Positions 12,003 through 24,962 of a DNA stretch of 64,000 bases are shown here, in pieces (the stretch's first letter is position 1; each line of letters begins with the position of its first letter). This DNA is from Laetmonice hystrix (taxonomy: Eukaryota): positions 18,416,001-18,480,000 of the forward strand of contig OZ249436.1 of assembly GCA_965235115.1 (NCBI GenBank). Direction: 5' to 3'. Below the pieces are notes generated by a model. It had not been told where the DNA came from. It worked only from the letters and a program-made list of their open reading frames with translations, and ran no database searches. The position numbers and the translations under genes are program-made.

Positions 12003-13418
12003 CCTGTTGTAAGACAAAGTGTATATCTCGGTCACTTTTTAAGATAGCAGGTTGAAACTTGCAGGGAGGGTTCATCATGGGATGAAGATCTGTGCATATG
12101 AAGCAGGACTTCATGCGACGTCATGTCTTGGTTTTATGACGTCTCAAACACGTCACATGGAGCATCAATTTATCAACTCCCAACACAAAACTACTGTTAC
12201 TTGGGGAAATATTGGTTATAGATCCTCTTCGTGGATGGTTCTCTAAGATACTTGTTCCATAACTTGACCTTGGATCATTACCCTTTCTGAGATTCGGGTC
12301 AAAGGTCACAATATGGTTAAATCCTTACTACTCTCTCATTTTTTTGAAAATCTTGACCAAACCACTTCTGGATGTTCCTGGTGGATAGCTTAAAATTGTG
12401 GGGCCGTTGTTTAGCGATCAGACCTTTTTTCACTGAATCACGTGACATCAAAGTTTGATTCTTTGGTCAGTTTACCAGAAATCGGTCATATCTCTGGCAG
12501 TTTTTAACAGATCTTAATGAAACTTGGTAGGCTTAAAGAGGATGGGATGCTGAGCTAGATTTATGCAAACTTTTTTCTGTGACGTCACTCTTTTGTGTCA
12601 TGAAGTCATCCACCTATTTCAAATAGGACCCAGGTACCTCTATACCCGTGAGTCTCAATAGCTGAGTGGGTAGCATGCCCGACCTAAAGGCTGGAGATCA
12701 TCGGTTCGAATCCTACCAAGTACAAAAGCTTTTTTCTCATTTGTCACACTCTGAAAACCAAAACACCACCAGGCAGGATATGAGGCCTTGTCACAGTCAT
12801 AGTTATGAAATGTTTTGACATACATGGTTCTCAAAGATAAAGTTTACCAGAAATCGGTCATATCTCTGGCAGTTTTTAACAGATCTTAACGAAACTTAAT
12901 AGGCTTAAAGAGGATGGGATGCTGAGCTAGATTTATGCAAACTTTTTTCTGTGACGTCACTCTTTTGTGTCATGACGTCATCCACCTATTTCAAATAGGA
13001 CCTAGGTACCTCTATACCCGTGAGTCTCAATAGCTGAGTGGGTAGCATGCCCGACCTAAAGGCCGGAGATCATGGGTTCGAATCCCACCAAATACGGAAA
13101 TTTTTTTTTCTCATTTTTCAGACTCTGAATACCAAAACACCACCAGGCAGGATATGAGGCCTTGTCAAAATCATAGTTATGAAATATTTTGACATACATT
13201 GTTTTCAGAGATAATTTTCCCATAACTTGACCTCTGTCAATTACCCTTTCTGAGATTTGGGACAAAGGTTCCAGGACTGACAGTAAAACCAAGATGGCAG
13301 AGTGGTAAGGCTATGGGCCACTTTAGTTACTTGATAGCATACGAATGGCACCTGGCGTTTTCCTCATGACGTCCGGAGGAAATGGGATTAGTGTATTGCT
13401 TGCAATCATGATGTCTAG
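12003..13418 (+). mobile_element. Family B body (long form), no adjacent head
   Basis: Near-identical to the other long B bodies. Ends CTAG. Confidence 0.85.
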
Positions 13419-13420
13419 TT

Positions 13421-14908
13421 ATCCCATTTCCCTGACGGGGAAATGGGATTTTGATTTTGTATGGTTTCGTCTACACTATTATTATTATTATTCCTGTTGT
13501 AAGACAAAGTGTATATCTCGGTCACTTTTTAAGATAGCAGGTTGAAACTTGCAGGGAGGGTTCATCATGGGATGAAGATCTGTGCATATGAAGCAGGACT
13601 TCATGCGACGTCATGTCTTGGTTTTATGACGTCTCAAACACGTCACATGGAGCATCAATTTATCAACTCCCAACACAAAACTACTGTTACTTGGGGAAAT
13701 ATTGGTTATAGATCCTCTTCGTGGATGGTTCTCTAAGATACTTGTTCCATAACTTGACCTTGGATCATTACCCTTTCTGAGATTCGGGTCAAAGGTCACA
13801 ATATGGTTAAATCCTTACTACTCTCTCATTTTTTTGAAAATCTTGACCAAACCACTTCTGGATGTTCCTGGTGGATAGCTTAAAATTGTGGGGCCGTTGT
13901 TTAGCGATCAGACCTTTTTTCACTGAATCACGTGACATCAAAGTTTGATTCTTTGGTCAGTTTACCAGAAATCGGTCATATCTCTGGCAGTTTTTAACAG
14001 ATCTTAATGAAACTTGGTAGGCTTAAAGAGGATGGGATGCTGAGCTAGATTTATGCAAACTTTTTTCTGTGACGTCACTCTTTTGTGTCATGAAGTCATC
14101 CACCTATTTCAAATAGGACCCAGGTACCTCTATACCCGTGAGTCTCAATAGCTGAGTGGGTAGCATGCCCGACCTAAAGGCTGGAGATCATCGGTTCGAA
14201 TCCTACCAAGTACAAAAGCTTTTTTCTCATTTGTCACACTCTGAAAACCAAAACACCACCAGGCAGGATATGAGGCCTTGTCACAGTCATAGTTATGAAA
14301 TGTTTTGACATACATGGTTCTCAAAGATAAAGTTTACCAGAAATCGGTCATATCTCTGGCAGTTTTTAACAGATCTTAACGAAACTTAATAGGCTTAAAG
14401 AGGATGGGATGCTGAGCTAGATTTATGCAAACTTTTTTCTGTGACGTCACTCTTTTGTGTCATGACGTCATCCACCTATTTCAAATAGGACCTAGGTACC
14501 TCTATACCCGTGAGTCTCAATAGCTGAGTGGGTAGCATGCCCGACCTAAAGGCCGGAGATCATGGGTTCGAATCCCACCAAATACGGAAATTTTTTTTTC
14601 TCATTTTTCAGACTCTGAATACCAAAACACCACCAGGCAGGATATGAGGCCTTGTCAAAATCATAGTTATGAAATATTTTGACATACATTGTTTTCAGAG
14701 ATAATTTTCCCATAACTTGACCTCTGTCAATTACCCTTTCTGAGATTTGGGACAAAGGTTCCAGGACTGACAGTAAAACCAAGATGGCAGAGTGGTAAGG
14801 CTATGGGCCACTTTAGTTACTTGATAGCATACGAATGGCACCTGGCGTTTTCCTCATGACGTCCGGAGGAAATGGGATTAGTGTATTGCTTGCAATCATG
14901 ATGTCTAG
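13421..14908 (+). mobile_element. Family B complete copy
   Basis: Head follows the previous CTAG-TT directly. Body appears identical to 12003-13418 (1490-bp period). Confidence 0.85.
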
Positions 14909-14910
14909 TT

Positions 14911-16397
14911 ATCCCATTTCCCTGACGGGGAAATGGGATTTTGATTTTGTATGGTTTCGTCTACACTATTATTATTATTATTCCTGTTGTAAGACAAAGT
15001 GTATATCTCGGTCACTTTTTAAGATAGCAGGTTGAAACTTGCAGGGAGGGTTCATCATGGGATGAAGATCTGTGCATATGAAGCAGGACTTCATGCGACG
15101 TCATGTCTTGGTTTTATGACGTCTCAAACACGTCACATGGAGCATCAATTTATCAACTCCCAACACAAAACTACTGTTACTTGGGGAAATATTGGTTATA
15201 GATCCTCTTCGTGGATGGTTCTCTAAGATACTTGTTCCATAACTTGACCTTGGATCATTACCCTTTCTGAGATTCGGGTCAAAGGTCACAATATGGTTAA
15301 ATCCTTACTACTCTCTCATTTTTTTGAAAATCTTGACCAAACTACTGCTGGATGTTCCTGGTGGATAGCTTAAAATTGTGGGGCCGTTGTTTAGCGATCG
15401 GACCTTTTTTCACTGAATCACGTGACATCAAAGTTTGATTTTTTGGTCATTTTACCAGAAATCGGTCATATCTCTGGCAGTTTTTAACAGATCTTAATGA
15501 AACTTGGTAGGCTTAAAGAGGATGGGATGCTGAGCTAGATTTATGCAAACTTTTTTCTGTGACGTCACTCTTTTGTGTCATGAAGTCATCCACCTATTTG
15601 TAATAGGACCTAGGTACCTCTACAAGCATGAGTCTCAATAGCTGAGTGGGTAGCATGCCCGACCTAAAGGCTGGAGATCATCGGTTCGAATCCCACCAAG
15701 TACAAAAACTTTTTTCTCATTTTTCACACTCTGAAAACCAAAACACCACCAGGCAGGATATGAGGCCTTGTCACAGTCATAGTTATGAAATGTTTTGACA
15801 TACATGGTTCTCAAAGATAAAGTTTACCAGAAATCGGTCATATCTCTGGCAGTTTTTAACAGATCTTAATGAAACTTAGTAGGCTTAAAGAGGATGGGAT
15901 GCTGAGCTAGATTTATGCAAACTTTTTTCTGTGACGTCACTCTTTTGTATCATGACGTCATCCACCTACTTTAAATAGGACCTAGGTACCTCTACAAGCA
16001 TGAGTCTCAATAGCTGAGTGGGTAGCATGCCCGACCTAAAGGCTGGAGTTCATGGGTTCGAATCCCACCAAATACAGAATTTTTTTTTCTCATTTTTCAG
16101 ACTCTGAATACCAAAACACCACCAGGCAGGATATGAGACCTTGTCAAAATCATAGTTATGAAATATTTTGACATACATGGTTTTCAGAGATAATTTTCCC
16201 ATAACTTGACCTCTGTCAATTACCCTTTCTGAGATTTGGGACAAAGGTTCCAGGACTGACAGTAAAACCAAGATGGCAGAGTGGTAAGGCTATGGGCCAC
16301 TTTAGTTACTTGATAGCATACGAATGGCACCTGGCGTTTTCCTCATGACGTCCGGAGGAAATGGGATTAGTGTATTGCTTGCAATCATGATGTCTAG
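14911..16397 (+). mobile_element. Family B complete copy
   Basis: Head, pad, long body with private SNPs, CTAG end. Confidence 0.85.
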
Positions 16398-16405
16398 TTA
16401 TTATT

Positions 16406-17821
16406 CCTGTTGTAAGACAAAGTGTATATCTCGGTCACTTTTTAAGATAGCAGGTTGAAACTTGCAGGGAGGGTTCATCATGGGATGAAGATCTGTGCAT
16501 ATGAAGCAGGACTTCATGCGACGTCATGTCTTGGTTTTATGACGTCTCAAACACGTCACATGGAGCATCAATTTATCAACTCCCAACACAAAACTACTGT
16601 TACTTGGGGAAATATTGGTTATAGATCCTCTTCGTGGATGGTTCTCTAAGATACTTGTTCCATAACTTGACCTTGGATCATTACCCTTTCTGAGATTCGG
16701 GTCAAAGGTCACAATATGGTTAAATCCTTACTACTCTCTCATTTTTTTGAAAATCTTGACCAAACCACTTCTGGATGTTCCTGGTGGATAGCTTAAAATT
16801 GTGGGGCCGTTGTTTAGCGATCGGACCTTTTTTCACTGAATCACGTGAGATCAAAGTTTGATTCTTTGGTCAGTTTACCAGAAATCGGTCATATCTCTGG
16901 CAGTTTTTAACAGATCTTAATAAAACTTGGTAGGCTTAAAGAGGATGGGATGCTGAGCTAGATTTATGCAAACTTTTTTCTGTGACGTCACTCTTTTGTG
17001 TCATGAAGTCATCCACCTATTTCAAATAGGACCCAGGTACCTCTATACCCGTGAGTCTCAATAGCTGAGTGGGTAGCATGCCCGACCTAAAGGGTGGAGA
17101 TCATGGGTTCGAATCCCACCAAGTACGAAAACTTTTTTCTCATTTTCCACACTCTGAAAACCAAAACACCACCAGGCAGGATATGAGGCCTTGTCACAGT
17201 CATAGTTATGAAATGTTTTGACATACATGGTTCTCAAAGATAAAGTTTACCAGAAATCGGTCATATCTCTGGCAGTTTTTAACAGATCTTAATGAAACTT
17301 AGTAGGCTTAAAGAGGATGGGATGCTGAGCTAGATTTATGCAAACTTCTTTCTGTGACGTCACTCTTTTGTGTCATGACGTCATCCACCTATTTCAAATA
17401 GGACCTAGGTACCTCTACAAGCGTGAGTCTCAATAGCTGAGTTTGTAGCATGCCCGATCTAAAGGCCGGACATCATGGGTTCGAATCCTACCAAATACGG
17501 AAATTTTATTTTCTCATTTTTCAGACTCTGAATACCAAAACACCCCCAGGCAGGATATGAGGCCTTGTCAAAATCATAGTTATGAAATATTTTGACATAC
17601 ATGGTTTTCAGAGATAATCTTCCCATAACTTGACCTCTGTCAATTACCCTTTCTGAGATTTGGGACAAAGTCTGGACGCCGGACAGTAAAACCAAGACGG
17701 CAGAGTGGTAAGGCTATGGGCCACTTTAGTTACTTGATAGCATACGAATGGCACCTGGCGTTTTCCTCATGACGTCCGGAGGAAATGGGATTAGTGTATT
17801 GCTTGCAATCATGATGTCTAG
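16406..17821 (+). mobile_element. Family B body (outermost, most diverged 3' part), no adjacent head
   Basis: Long body with more private substitutions at ~17440-17700. CTAG end abuts the host microsatellite. Confidence 0.85.
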
Positions 17822-17829
17822 TTATATTG

Positions 17830-17868
<39 letters not shown>

Positions 17869-17935
17869 TATTATTAATGTTGTTGTTATTATTATTAATA
17901 TTGTTAATATTGTTATTATTATTGTTATAATGTAA
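17822..17935. repeat. Degenerate (TTA/TTG)n tract, right flank of the stack
   Basis: Same composition as 1-119. Confidence 0.85.
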
Positions 17936-18604
17936 TAGCGGCACTTTCGTTAGGTGTTATTGTTGCGCTTGTATAATGAGGCTAATAGTGTGTCTCCCTT
18001 GTTTAGCATTATGGACTATGCAGGTGATCTATAGGTGCAATATGGTGTCATCTTGTACATTGGATGGGGTGGTTAGAAAACGTGCGGTAGCGGAGTCAGG
18101 GGTTCCAGCATTCTTGGTCAGTTACTCTGTCGAAGTCACCTGGTGGTTAGGTGGGTACTTGGTTAAGGTTTACGGTCACGGTGGCTGGCGAGAGGAGTGC
18201 GATATTGATCCATCTTCGGTGTAGGTATAACGATAATAGGGTCCCAAGACGTGACTCCTTATTAGGTCACTGCAAGGACAGGTCCTGCCATTTTGTCTCC
18301 AAGCCTCGATATGTCGGTGGGACTTCCCTCATACTATTACCTCTCAGTGTGATCAGTAGTATCAGGGATTGGTCTTTGATTGTAGCCTACTTAGGTATCC
18401 TGGTTTGGGGTCGGGGGGTTCACTGTAATCGGTGTAAATGTAGGCTTATGGCCCCGATACGTCATGAGATTCATGTGTGTGGGAGTTTGATGGTATTGCT
18501 TGAAAGGGAAAGTTGGCTATAGGCCTTTTCGTGTGATGCGGTTTGGGGGCCCTAATATGACACCAGAGAACAATGTTGGGAAGCTGGGTACCTGGCTATA
18601 CGGG

Positions 18605-20031
18605 GTAACTTGGCTGTCCTTTGCCTGAAGCTTCAGGGGGATTTGTCGACGGTTGGGACGGTAGTGTATCAAAAATTAGGTGCTGGTACTTATGTATGGT
18701 TATCGCCGGCGGAACATTGAGCCCGCAGCGCGGGGGAGAACCATCGACTTCAGCAACATTTTTCTCACAACGTTTTCCAGGCTTGTGGATCGGATACCTG
18801 CCGTTTAAGATACGGCTGATTGGGCCAGTGGTCGTCAGTCGCTTTTCGCCTTAACAGATCCGTCTCCCCTGGTTGGTGGTTGGGCCCGGGATGACGGTGT
18901 AACTTGACTGTCCTCTGCCTGAAGCTTCGGGGGGAATTTGTCGACGGTTGGGACGGTAGTGTATCGGAAATTAGATGCTGGTACTTATGTATGGTTATCC
19001 GGCGGAACATTAGTTCTCTCACCCGCAGCGCGGGGGAGAACCATCGACTTCAGCAACATTTTTCTCACAACGTTTTCCAGGCCTGTGGATTGGATACCTG
19101 CCGTTTAAGATACGGCTGATTGGGCCAGTGGTCGTCAGTCGCTTTTCGCCTGTACAGATCAGTCTGCCCTGGTTGGTGGTTGGGCCCGGGATGACTCGGG
19201 TCATCCGGTTGGCGCAGTCGGGCCCAAGAGGGTCCGGGAAGAAGCATTTTGAGCGTTATCATCAAAAGGGGTCTACAAGTAAATTGAATGTTCCTCTTCC
19301 CGCAGCCGCGGGGAGGACATCGGTCGCATAGGTTTAGAAGAGTCTATCGGTATTGGGTTGTCTGCTGTATGGTTTAAGGTTCTCTTACCCGAAGCTTCGG
19401 GAGAGGACCCGGGAGGTCTATGTAAATTTCTATGGTCACGGAAGTGGCAATGTGGAGAAATAAAAGTATCTACAGAAGGAAAACTTGGTGTTCGAGTTGT
19501 GTGGAACTGAAAGGCAGATTTCGAAAGACGAAATGGTGTTTCAATCCACACAACGAGCCAGTATTTAAATTAGGCAAGGGACGGCACTTCATGTAAATTA
19601 GTCCCCGTCCTTGACCTCTGGTGGAACTATAAAAGTTGGGGCTTGTTTAGTTGCGGCTTGAATTCATCGACGTCACGACGGGGATCTCAAGAGGTGGTTC
19701 GTTTACCCTCCTCCTCCCCATCTGCCTCCTGTGGTAATTGGCGCTGTCGGGCCCAAGAGGGTCCGGGAAGAAGCATTTTGAGCGTTATCATCAAAAAGGG
19801 TCTACAAGTAAATTGAATGTTCCTCTTCCCGCAGCCGCGGGGAGGACATCGGTCGCATAGGTTTATCGGTATTGCGTTGTCTGCTGTATGGTTTAGGGTT
19901 CTCTTACCCAGAGCTTCGGGAGAGGACCCGGGAGGTCTATGTAAATTTCTATGGTCACGGAAGTGGCAATGTGGAGAAATAAAAGTATCTACAGAAGGAA
20001 AATTTGGTGTTTGAGTTGTGTGGAATTGAAA
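18605..20031. repeat. Two pairs of ~290-bp imperfect direct repeats (X1 18605-18895, X2 18899-19195; Y1 19217-19512, Y2 19746-20031), origin unknown
   Basis: Direct sequence comparison. GC-richer than the surroundings. No recognisable protein. Confidence 0.75.
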
Positions 20032-20423
20032 TGTGTTTCTTGACTTCAGCAACTGAAAATTACATGACATTCATTTTATTGCTTAAAAAACGCAGGAGGA
20101 GAATAGGGACAGTCTATGAAAATTGAGTTCACCGTTTCATTTAGGCTTAATCTACGTTCCTCATTTTTTTTGCAAAACATAACTAAAGGTCTACCTACCT
20201 AAAAATCCTGCCAGAGCTCCAAATTATGACTCATTTATCTGAAAACCTAGATCTAGGCCTACACGAGGGTCTCCCCTCTCAAAACCTGTATTACCCGTAA
20301 CAAATGATGGCAAATCTGGTACAGTAATTTTAGGGACGGTTTGATCAGCCAGGCAGTTGCCAAGTGGCCTTATTGCAGCCTGTGTATTTGCGAATCTAGC
20401 TGGTATTAAGTTATGACGGAGCC

Positions 20424-20606
20424 CAGTGGCGTACCCATGGGGGTGCCTGGGGTGCTCAAGCACCCCCTCAATTTGCCCGATTTTGTGTGTGTGTGTGTGT
20501 GGGGGGGGGTTGTTTTTTGGTGCGCTTGTTGCCAATTTGCAGCGCCTACGATGTTGGTTATTTCCAGCACCCCCGGCACTGGGTCCAGTTTCTGGGTATG
20601 CCATTG
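20424..20606. mobile_element. CAG-ended MITE (hAT-like) with 5-bp TSD
   Basis: Imperfect TIR CAGTGGCGTACCCA / TGGGTATGCCATTG. GAGCC on both sides. Confidence 0.75.
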
Positions 20607-20699
20607 GAGCCTTATTAATGTATAGGCCTATGTCTGGACCTAACTAGGTCTATGTCATCAGCACCTGTAAAAATGAATAGAGGTAAAAACACAACAAAC

Positions 20700-20853
20700 C
20701 TGGTAGTTGAAGCCCGTCTGCTAACTCCTGCCATGCCTTTTCTTTCTTCCCCCTGTCGGCGTAGTCTGGACAAACAACATCAAAGAGGCAGGGCCTCTCA
20801 GACCACATTTGGATCAATTGATCCTCCTTCTCCACAGTCCAGTCATCCGCCAT
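20700..20853 (-). pseudogene. MADF/Myb-SANT domain exon, probably ORF1 of a PIF/Harbinger relic (~20640-21760)
   Basis: MADDWTVEKEDQLIQMWSERPCLFDVVCPDYADRGKKEKAWQELADGLQLP followed by a GT donor. No downstream exons found. Confidence 0.7.
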
Positions 20854-21703
20854 TTTGATATTTGTACGGATAATCACATGACAAGTATAGGGACCTCTGG
20901 TTGGTTGATCCAGTGGACACGTCATTGCGACGAGCGACGGCGATGGCTACACTTGTAGCAAGCAGAAAAACGCATTCGGGAATCCTCGGCCATATCTTCG
21001 AAAGTAGCCTCGGGTGAAATAGGCGCCATTTTGAGCATTGCATCGCGGGTACATTTAGCCGGGACTCTCGCCAGCATGGCAGTGCTTGCAGTATTTTCCC
21101 TGCATCAGGCATGGAAGCAACTAAAATAGGCCTCCAGTGCTTTCCCCATAGTCAGTGGGCAATATTACGAGAGTATCATGTTTATGATACAAGTAGTCGT
21201 ACCATCTGTCGTGGTGCTGTCGTTCATGGGCGCGGCCATATTGCTTCCCATAATTTGATAAATTACCGTATCACGCCCATTTAGGTAAATTAGGTAGTTC
21301 TTTTTCAGTTCAAACGTTCCCCTTCATACCACAAAATATATATTTGCACATACGATGCCAAGAAGCAGGTTTCAATAATGCACTACTTTCTGGATCGATG
21401 GGATATGACGGTTCACTCAGTGCCTCGCTACACAGGTCGATTTCGCCATGTATCTGGTTGCCAATGGCGCCCATTTCACCCGAGGGTATTTGCAGATATG
21501 ACGTCATATGCCCGAGGGAATCCCGAATGAGAAAAACGTTGCGATTCAGCTGCAACTGTCGTCGCAAAGAATGAACATGCTCATTCTTTGCAATCTCACG
21601 TTCCCACGGTCGCAACGAGTTTGCAACGGCCTTGCGATGGGCGACGGAGCCTGCTACACTATGCGATGCGACCGTGGGAAAGTGAAATCTCAACGTCATC
21701 GCA

Positions 21704-22570
21704 ATGGAATCGCCTAGCCAGCTTAAGAGAAACCTCACGGCCACTCGCTCGTTTCAGAGGTTGTTTCCAGCGTTGGTCGCCAGGGCTAATATGCTGAATA
21801 TGGGGGCACAGGCAATGCTTGTGGACTCACTACGGTTTCTGCAGGGAGTCAGAGATCTTACAAGGGGCGAACTTTCAGCCAATCTAGTCCCCACTAAAGT
21901 GCTTGAGACAGCACTGAACAATGGAACAGTGTTTATACTACGACGGTTTCCACACCATCAGGTAGCTTTTAAAGCTCCGGCGTATTACTATGACAATGTG
22001 GGGCCAGTTTTTTCGATGAAAGACAATCAGTTGGATATAATCATCAGAATACCATTGGCATCACAGCAACATTTGTTTTGTATATTTCATGTCCATGTTT
22101 TGCCCGTACCAATACACTTTGTTAACCAGTCTAGAGTGGACGCTACGCTCATTGAGAGTATTTAGCATGAGATCGCTGTGTCCATCGACAAAGCATTTAT
22201 TATTCCCCTGTCGGATCATGATTGGAAGGATTGTACGGGCGATGAAGTGCAGACGTGTCCGAACTTATGGTATATGCAATATATTGAGTCACAAACGTGC
22301 ATCACGGCACTCTTCAGGAATAATCCGGGGGAAATTACTAAGTTATGCGAGTCATCATATGTTATGAGGGCCTCCTTCCCGGAGAGGTTCTTCTATATCG
22401 GCCAAGGAATGGCAATTAATAGTGTGAAGGCCACCACGGTGAAAATAACGTATCGAAGAGAACAGACTGAATTGGTTCAACTCGCCCAGTTAGCCTTTTA
22501 CAGGCTGGGGTGTGATTGTGCCCTAAGCACGCAGGATACGTGGATACCTTACCAACTATATGGATGCAAC
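21704..22570 (+). pseudogene. Envelope/fusion glycoprotein-like (errantivirus env / baculovirus F-like) fragment of an LTR retroelement
   Basis: ORFs 21704 and 22178 are in the same frame, separated by one TAG at 22163-22165. Motifs GELSANLV..L..AL, YYY, IIIRIPL...F....LPVP and the Cys pattern C.G....CP...CITALF......C...CDC resemble Gypsy env proteins. Confidence 0.7.
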
Positions 22571-24962
22571 CAGCAACAATATTGGAGACGACAATATACA
22601 TTGCTTAGTCTAGGCATTTTCGCCTGGATGACATATCAAGTTACAAGGGAACGACGCCGTTCAGGATCGGCGCTTCAGATACACACAGGAGCCGAGGTTC
22701 ACACCATGCAGCAAACTGGGATTTATGAACTTTGCCTCGGATGTGGTATATTTGGCCAAGTTGCTATTCGGATTACGGGTCTGTCAGCTACGCTGACCCT
22801 TACTTGGGACACTACGCTCCAGGTCAGGGGATTCCTCTGGAGGAACATCGTGTGGCAGCTGCTATTCTTTCCTTGCCATATCACATTGGACACCCTTCTA
22901 GGATGTTGGTGTTAAGGTTCGACCAGGGGCCGGCTATACTGTAGTGCTGGTGGAGCCGGCCGATGCTGTGGCCGCCACGCGCCCTACCCCCTCTCAGGTC
23001 CGTCCTGCAGCAGGGGGGGGGGGTATAGATGAAGGCACGGACATGTGATACCACGGTGCAGACGAGGGCCGGTGAACATGGAGTGTTCTTAATTTATGAG
23101 TAGGTATACGCTGAGCTAGGAGTCAGCACGGGTATCAACATCGTTAACTGATGATAAGGGTGTGACAGGTTGATAGAAGGTGGAACCAGCTGTGAAGCGC
23201 TATGACCCGCCAGGGGTTTCAGTACTTTGGCTATGTGAACCTATAGGATTTTCATTAGTTTGGTTCTGTGTTGCTTAGAATTCTAGCCATCTAACGCTTG
23301 ACGTAACGGTTATCACGAACATTTCCGGATGGAACTGAACATGGTTGCTGCTGGTAAGGATGCCTCAGCCAATATATCTATACTTGGTGTGTTAATAGTT
23401 AGTTTTGAGCCGAGTGGCGATAAAGAGACGATGAACTTACCGAATTAGCCTACTGGAGTACCTTCTACGGACTGGGTTGGCTGTACGATTGGGATACGAA
23501 CTCATTCGCACGGATTTACGCATGAATATATATATCTCTTTAGGGCATGTAGATTGATAACTTTCAAAGAATGGATATACGAACTTTTAAAAGAAGGACG
23601 GTTTACAGATACGTTATATTTGTGAGGACCTGGTACGTTACTGCGTAACACATTCTCTTTTCGCATATACGTTGATTGACGGTTAGATAAGGTATAATAA
23701 CGATAGATCTAGAAATGATGTCCCAGCAGTATATAATGTTTCTGCTGCGTTGCATGCGTACATCATGTAGTTATCCCAAGTGCGTGCATACGGTATGATT
23801 AGTGATAGGGGTAAAAATCTTCCCCGGGTATGAAAATAATTACCTACGGAAATTATTTAATGGGGGACGCTGCAGGTTAACACACGTAGGACGGTCAGGA
23901 GTACACTCATTCTCACACTCGAGTCCTTTCGGCAATCTTCGTTCGTGCGAGGAAAGCACTCTCAGAGATTACATATCACTCACGGCCCGATTAGGAGCAT
24001 CCGCGCCACCTCACTCGTCACACTCGTCAATTACTACACCGTGGATACAAAGTAGTGCGTGCCGGTCGGCAAGATCGCTGATGTTGTTGAACAGGTCTTG
24101 AATTAAACTTACGCTGGTTGGCTGTCTTGAGCTTAACCGCCGCCGGTTTGACTGGTGTCATGCGGGAAGCCATGTCTTCCATGTACTGCGGTGAAACTAG
24201 TTCGCCCCGGTGTCCTCGTTACCCCCTGCGGTTTGCCCAGAGGCCCGTGCAGGATCTATGAGCGTTCATTTCAGCAAATGGGCGCGAATGTGAGCGTGGA
24301 GTAGACTGCCGGATAGATAGAGTATGAGGAGAACCGTTGGGGATAAAGCGTACGGAAAGAACCCGCAGAGTTAAAAATAGACAGGGGTCTGAGTCGGAGT
24401 TGAGACAGGGAACCCAGACGGGGCCCAGCTGGCGAGCAATAAAACATCTCTCAGGAGGAGAGTGGAGATTAGGTTACACCTGGAGAAGACGAGTGGATGG
24501 AATAGCGGGGGATGTAAGAGCGCAGGCAGGTAGATAGAATGGCGGGAAGAGCGAAGAAAATGTAAGAGTGCAGGCAGGTAGATAGAATGGCGGGAAGAGC
24601 GAAGAAAAGTAGAGGAAGCAGGTAGGAGGTAACAGCGTAGGCATGTAAATGGAACAGCGTAGGTATAAAAGGTAGCTACGGAGAACAGAGAGGGGAGAAC
24701 GGAGACAGAGCGAAGAGCGGCCAGCAACTAGAGAAGGAAATTTATCACAGTTCCAGCAACAATGCCACTTTCTGATTGGTCCACGCCCATGCGATATGAA
24801 GCCGTACTCGGTGACATCGCACCAAACGGGTAGGATGGGCCATCCTAGTAGTAGTCGTCGCGCCATCTGCCGGTCAAACAGGTCATTTTTCTATCCTACC
24901 GTTTTGGCTGCAGCGCCCTGTGCCTCGTTTTCATGGTGGCGTAGATCTATGCAAACACAGCA

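Noticed and set aside
9505..17695. Recurrent 60-90 aa ORFs in B bodies
   Set aside because: They recur only because the DNA is repeated. No domain similarity, and frames break between copies.
18780..18850. Hammerhead ribozyme (minus-strand CTGACGA with nearby GAAA)
   Set aside because: Stems I-III could not be formed around the core.
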